64,000 nucleotides of DNA from Anthoceros angustus. Taxonomy: Eukaryota > Plantae > Anthocerotophyta. The position numbers were made by a program, and so were the translations under genes. Below are positions 61,834-64,000 of this stretch, one piece after another (position 1 is the stretch's first letter; every line of letters starts with the position of its first letter). The stretch covers positions 496,001 through 560,000 of the forward strand of contig MU008169.1 in the NCBI GenBank assembly GCA_010909165.1, written 5' to 3'. The notes under the pieces were generated by a model. It was not told the DNA's origin. It searched no databases and was given only the letters and a program-made list of their open reading frames with translations.

Positions 61834-62955
61834 CAAGTCGTTAGTGGACGGCGGGTTACTTGAAGCCTAGTGCTACGTCGTGAGATCGAGAGTGCTGAGT
61901 TGTGTAAGTCTTTGTGTGGAGTGAATTGGCTAGGTTTTAGACCACTAGGAAGCTAGCATTTGCCACTTCCTTCCTGCTTGTGTAGTGAGGGGCGTTACTC
62001 TATGAATAATGGATCATTATTTGGATAATGGATCATTATTTAGAGAAAAATTGAAAGTAAAAGGTAGATAAAAAGGTGAAAATTTATCAAATTCTCCCCC
62101 AAAAACATTTCACTCCCTCGGTTCCTCGCTTGATCTTGATTGCACTTTCTGGGCTAACAATATTATGTCATTCCGAATGTATTATTTGTCTTTATTTTAT
62201 CGTTAAAATTGGGTCAGCCAATCCCGCCTAGGGAGTGAGCGACGAGCCAAGTGGAAGGAGAAATATACTAGGTTTATCGTATTTGAGGGACCTTTTTCTA
62301 CAAGGTATGCTTCTCGTGCCAGGGTACCTACACGACTCGGTGAATGTGTTCAGCGTGGGTTCGAATAAAGCAGATGCCTTCATGCGGTCCTCCATGAGTT
62401 GAGTGCAATGGGCGACCTGCGTATCACATGCAAGCCATAGAAACTGCATTTGTATCGATGGGCAACAAAATTGATGTTGTTACGTGAGCATTTGCGGGGG
62501 GGCGGGCCTTGCATACAATGCAGGGCATGTGGACTGAGGAGCTGATTCCAGGTGCCATCTGTTGGACTGACATCTTCTGCCCTGCCCTGACTGCCCAGAC
62601 TTCAGAATGAAGCACCATGTGAACTGTGTTGAACTGCCCTCATCTCTGCAAGTGAAGAAGTTGTTGGAGGGATGTCAGGGGTGTTGGAGTTGTCTTGCAT
62701 GGAGACACCATGTGCACCCCCAGCACATAGCAGGCAGGACCACTTTCGATCCACTCTCTCATGGACTGACCTGAGATGCCGAGCCAGGATCGATCCTCAG
62801 GAGCGCTCCCGGAACCCTGCAGGTTTGCCACTCTGCTTCCACACCATGTCTCAGTTTGAACAGGAATGGGGAGTTAAGCAAGCACATCCACCACAAGAAA
62901 GAAAGCAATTTTCCCTGGCCTACACACTTGAGCACTGGCTTTTTCTTCCATTTTC

Positions 62956-64000
62956 TCACGGTCGACCCTTACAGCTGCAACAACCAGCTGCGAATCGATG
63001 CACTCGGTACCCATCCCTTACAACAATATCTCTTTGTTCAAGCCTTGACATTATCTCCGTGGAACTGTGGCAATCACTGCACATGCGTAGATTCTTCGTC
63101 ACCACCAGAGGTGTCCCACTCGGAGTGTTCAAGAGACCAAACGCCAGAGCTAGCTTCTCAGCATGCCCACAAAGCACATCTTCCTTTTCCTTCTCACACA
63201 CTGGCTTCAACACCAACTTTGTGTGTGGTACATGGCCCCCTTCCAGTTTCAGACGTGCATTCATGCTCCCCAACTTGAGCGCAATATCATCTCTGTTTTC
63301 TCCCACCACAAAAGAATGAACCTCCTTATTCACCTCAATGGTCGCCACTGCAGGTTTTTTGTTAGCTCCAGCTACCCTCCTCTGTGTTTCAATCCTGTCG
63401 ACATCGGTCCACCTACCTGCATCTGCATAGGCATTGGCCATGAGCACATAGGCAGGCGCCGCCTGGGGATCCAGCCTAACAATGCTTTCAAAACACGACA
63501 TCGCCCTCTCGATATCCCCGTGACTTTTGGAGGCAGTCAACAAAGACGTCAAGCCCACAACATCACTTTGGCCCTCACATGATAATAGCATCTTCTCTGC
63601 GTCATCTAAATGGCCAGCTCGCCCAAGAAGATCAATCATGCAGGTGTAATGCTCAATAGTAGGTTTGATGCCATGCTGTTCAGCCATGGAATTGAAGTGC
63701 TTGAGACCCTCGTGGACCAGCCCTTCATGACTGCATGCTGCTAGAAGGCAAGTAAAAGTAGCATCATTAGGCTGAATACCGGCAACTAACATATCCTCGA
63801 AACAAGCTAGTGCCTTGTGACCTTCATCACAATCACCATACCCAGATATCAGGGCGTCCATGTCACCACATCCTTTGTGTTCATGCTGTCAAAACCTGGC
63901 GTGCATCTTCCAGTTCACCACATTTTGCATACATGTCCACCAGGCAGTTGCCCACAACGTTATCCAGCAGTCCTCTTTCCACAATCTGTGAGTGCAGCTG
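62956..64000 (-). CDS. PLS-class PPR protein with E domains and a DYW:KP (GRP-type) deaminase-like domain; 5' part outside window; 1-bp deletions at ~63893 and ~63858
   Basis: PPR motifs GNCLVDMYAKCGELEDARQV, PNDATFTCLLAACSHEGLV, EHYTCMIDLLGRAGHLDDA. The terminal domain starts KKPAVATIEV, contains CGHAEKLALAFGLL and KNLRMCSDCH, and ends CCSCKGRP*. Confidence 0.92.

Overview
Eukaryotic nuclear DNA from a land plant with a compact genome and short GT-AG introns. A DYW:KP-type PPR protein ending in GRP points to a hornwort, or less likely a lycophyte or fern (inference). Recognisable genes in order: RGP/UDP-arabinopyranose mutase (3' part), CCDC124-like, tRNA-Ser(AGA), mitochondrial uncoupling protein, very-long-chain enoyl-CoA reductase (ECR/CER10), an NYN-domain protein, a large TPR+SET protein with 11 x 66-aa repeats, eIF1A, an RRM/zinc-knuckle SR-like protein, a phytyl ester synthase-like acyltransferase, a GH17 beta-1,3-glucanase, gatA, GRXS17 and a PPR-DYW:KP RNA-editing factor (3' part). 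Between them lie pseudogene debris (two PPR fragments, SAC3A, a decayed tRNA-Glu), many local tandem duplications and four copies of a ~210-bp element with a (TTC)n tail. The most notable observations are: (1) gatA enclosed almost exactly by ~1.6-kb inverted repeats that each carry a cupin gene and an 8-cysteine secreted-peptide gene; (2) the GRP-type DYW:KP candidate U-to-C editing enzyme; (3) the repeat-expanded TPR-SET gene with a fungal-like N-terminal module; (4) AT-rich islands holding intact genes beside a GC-eroded tRNA. Many frameshifts are small deletions inside repeats and may be assembly errors. Everything was read by eye; no searches or alignments were run.
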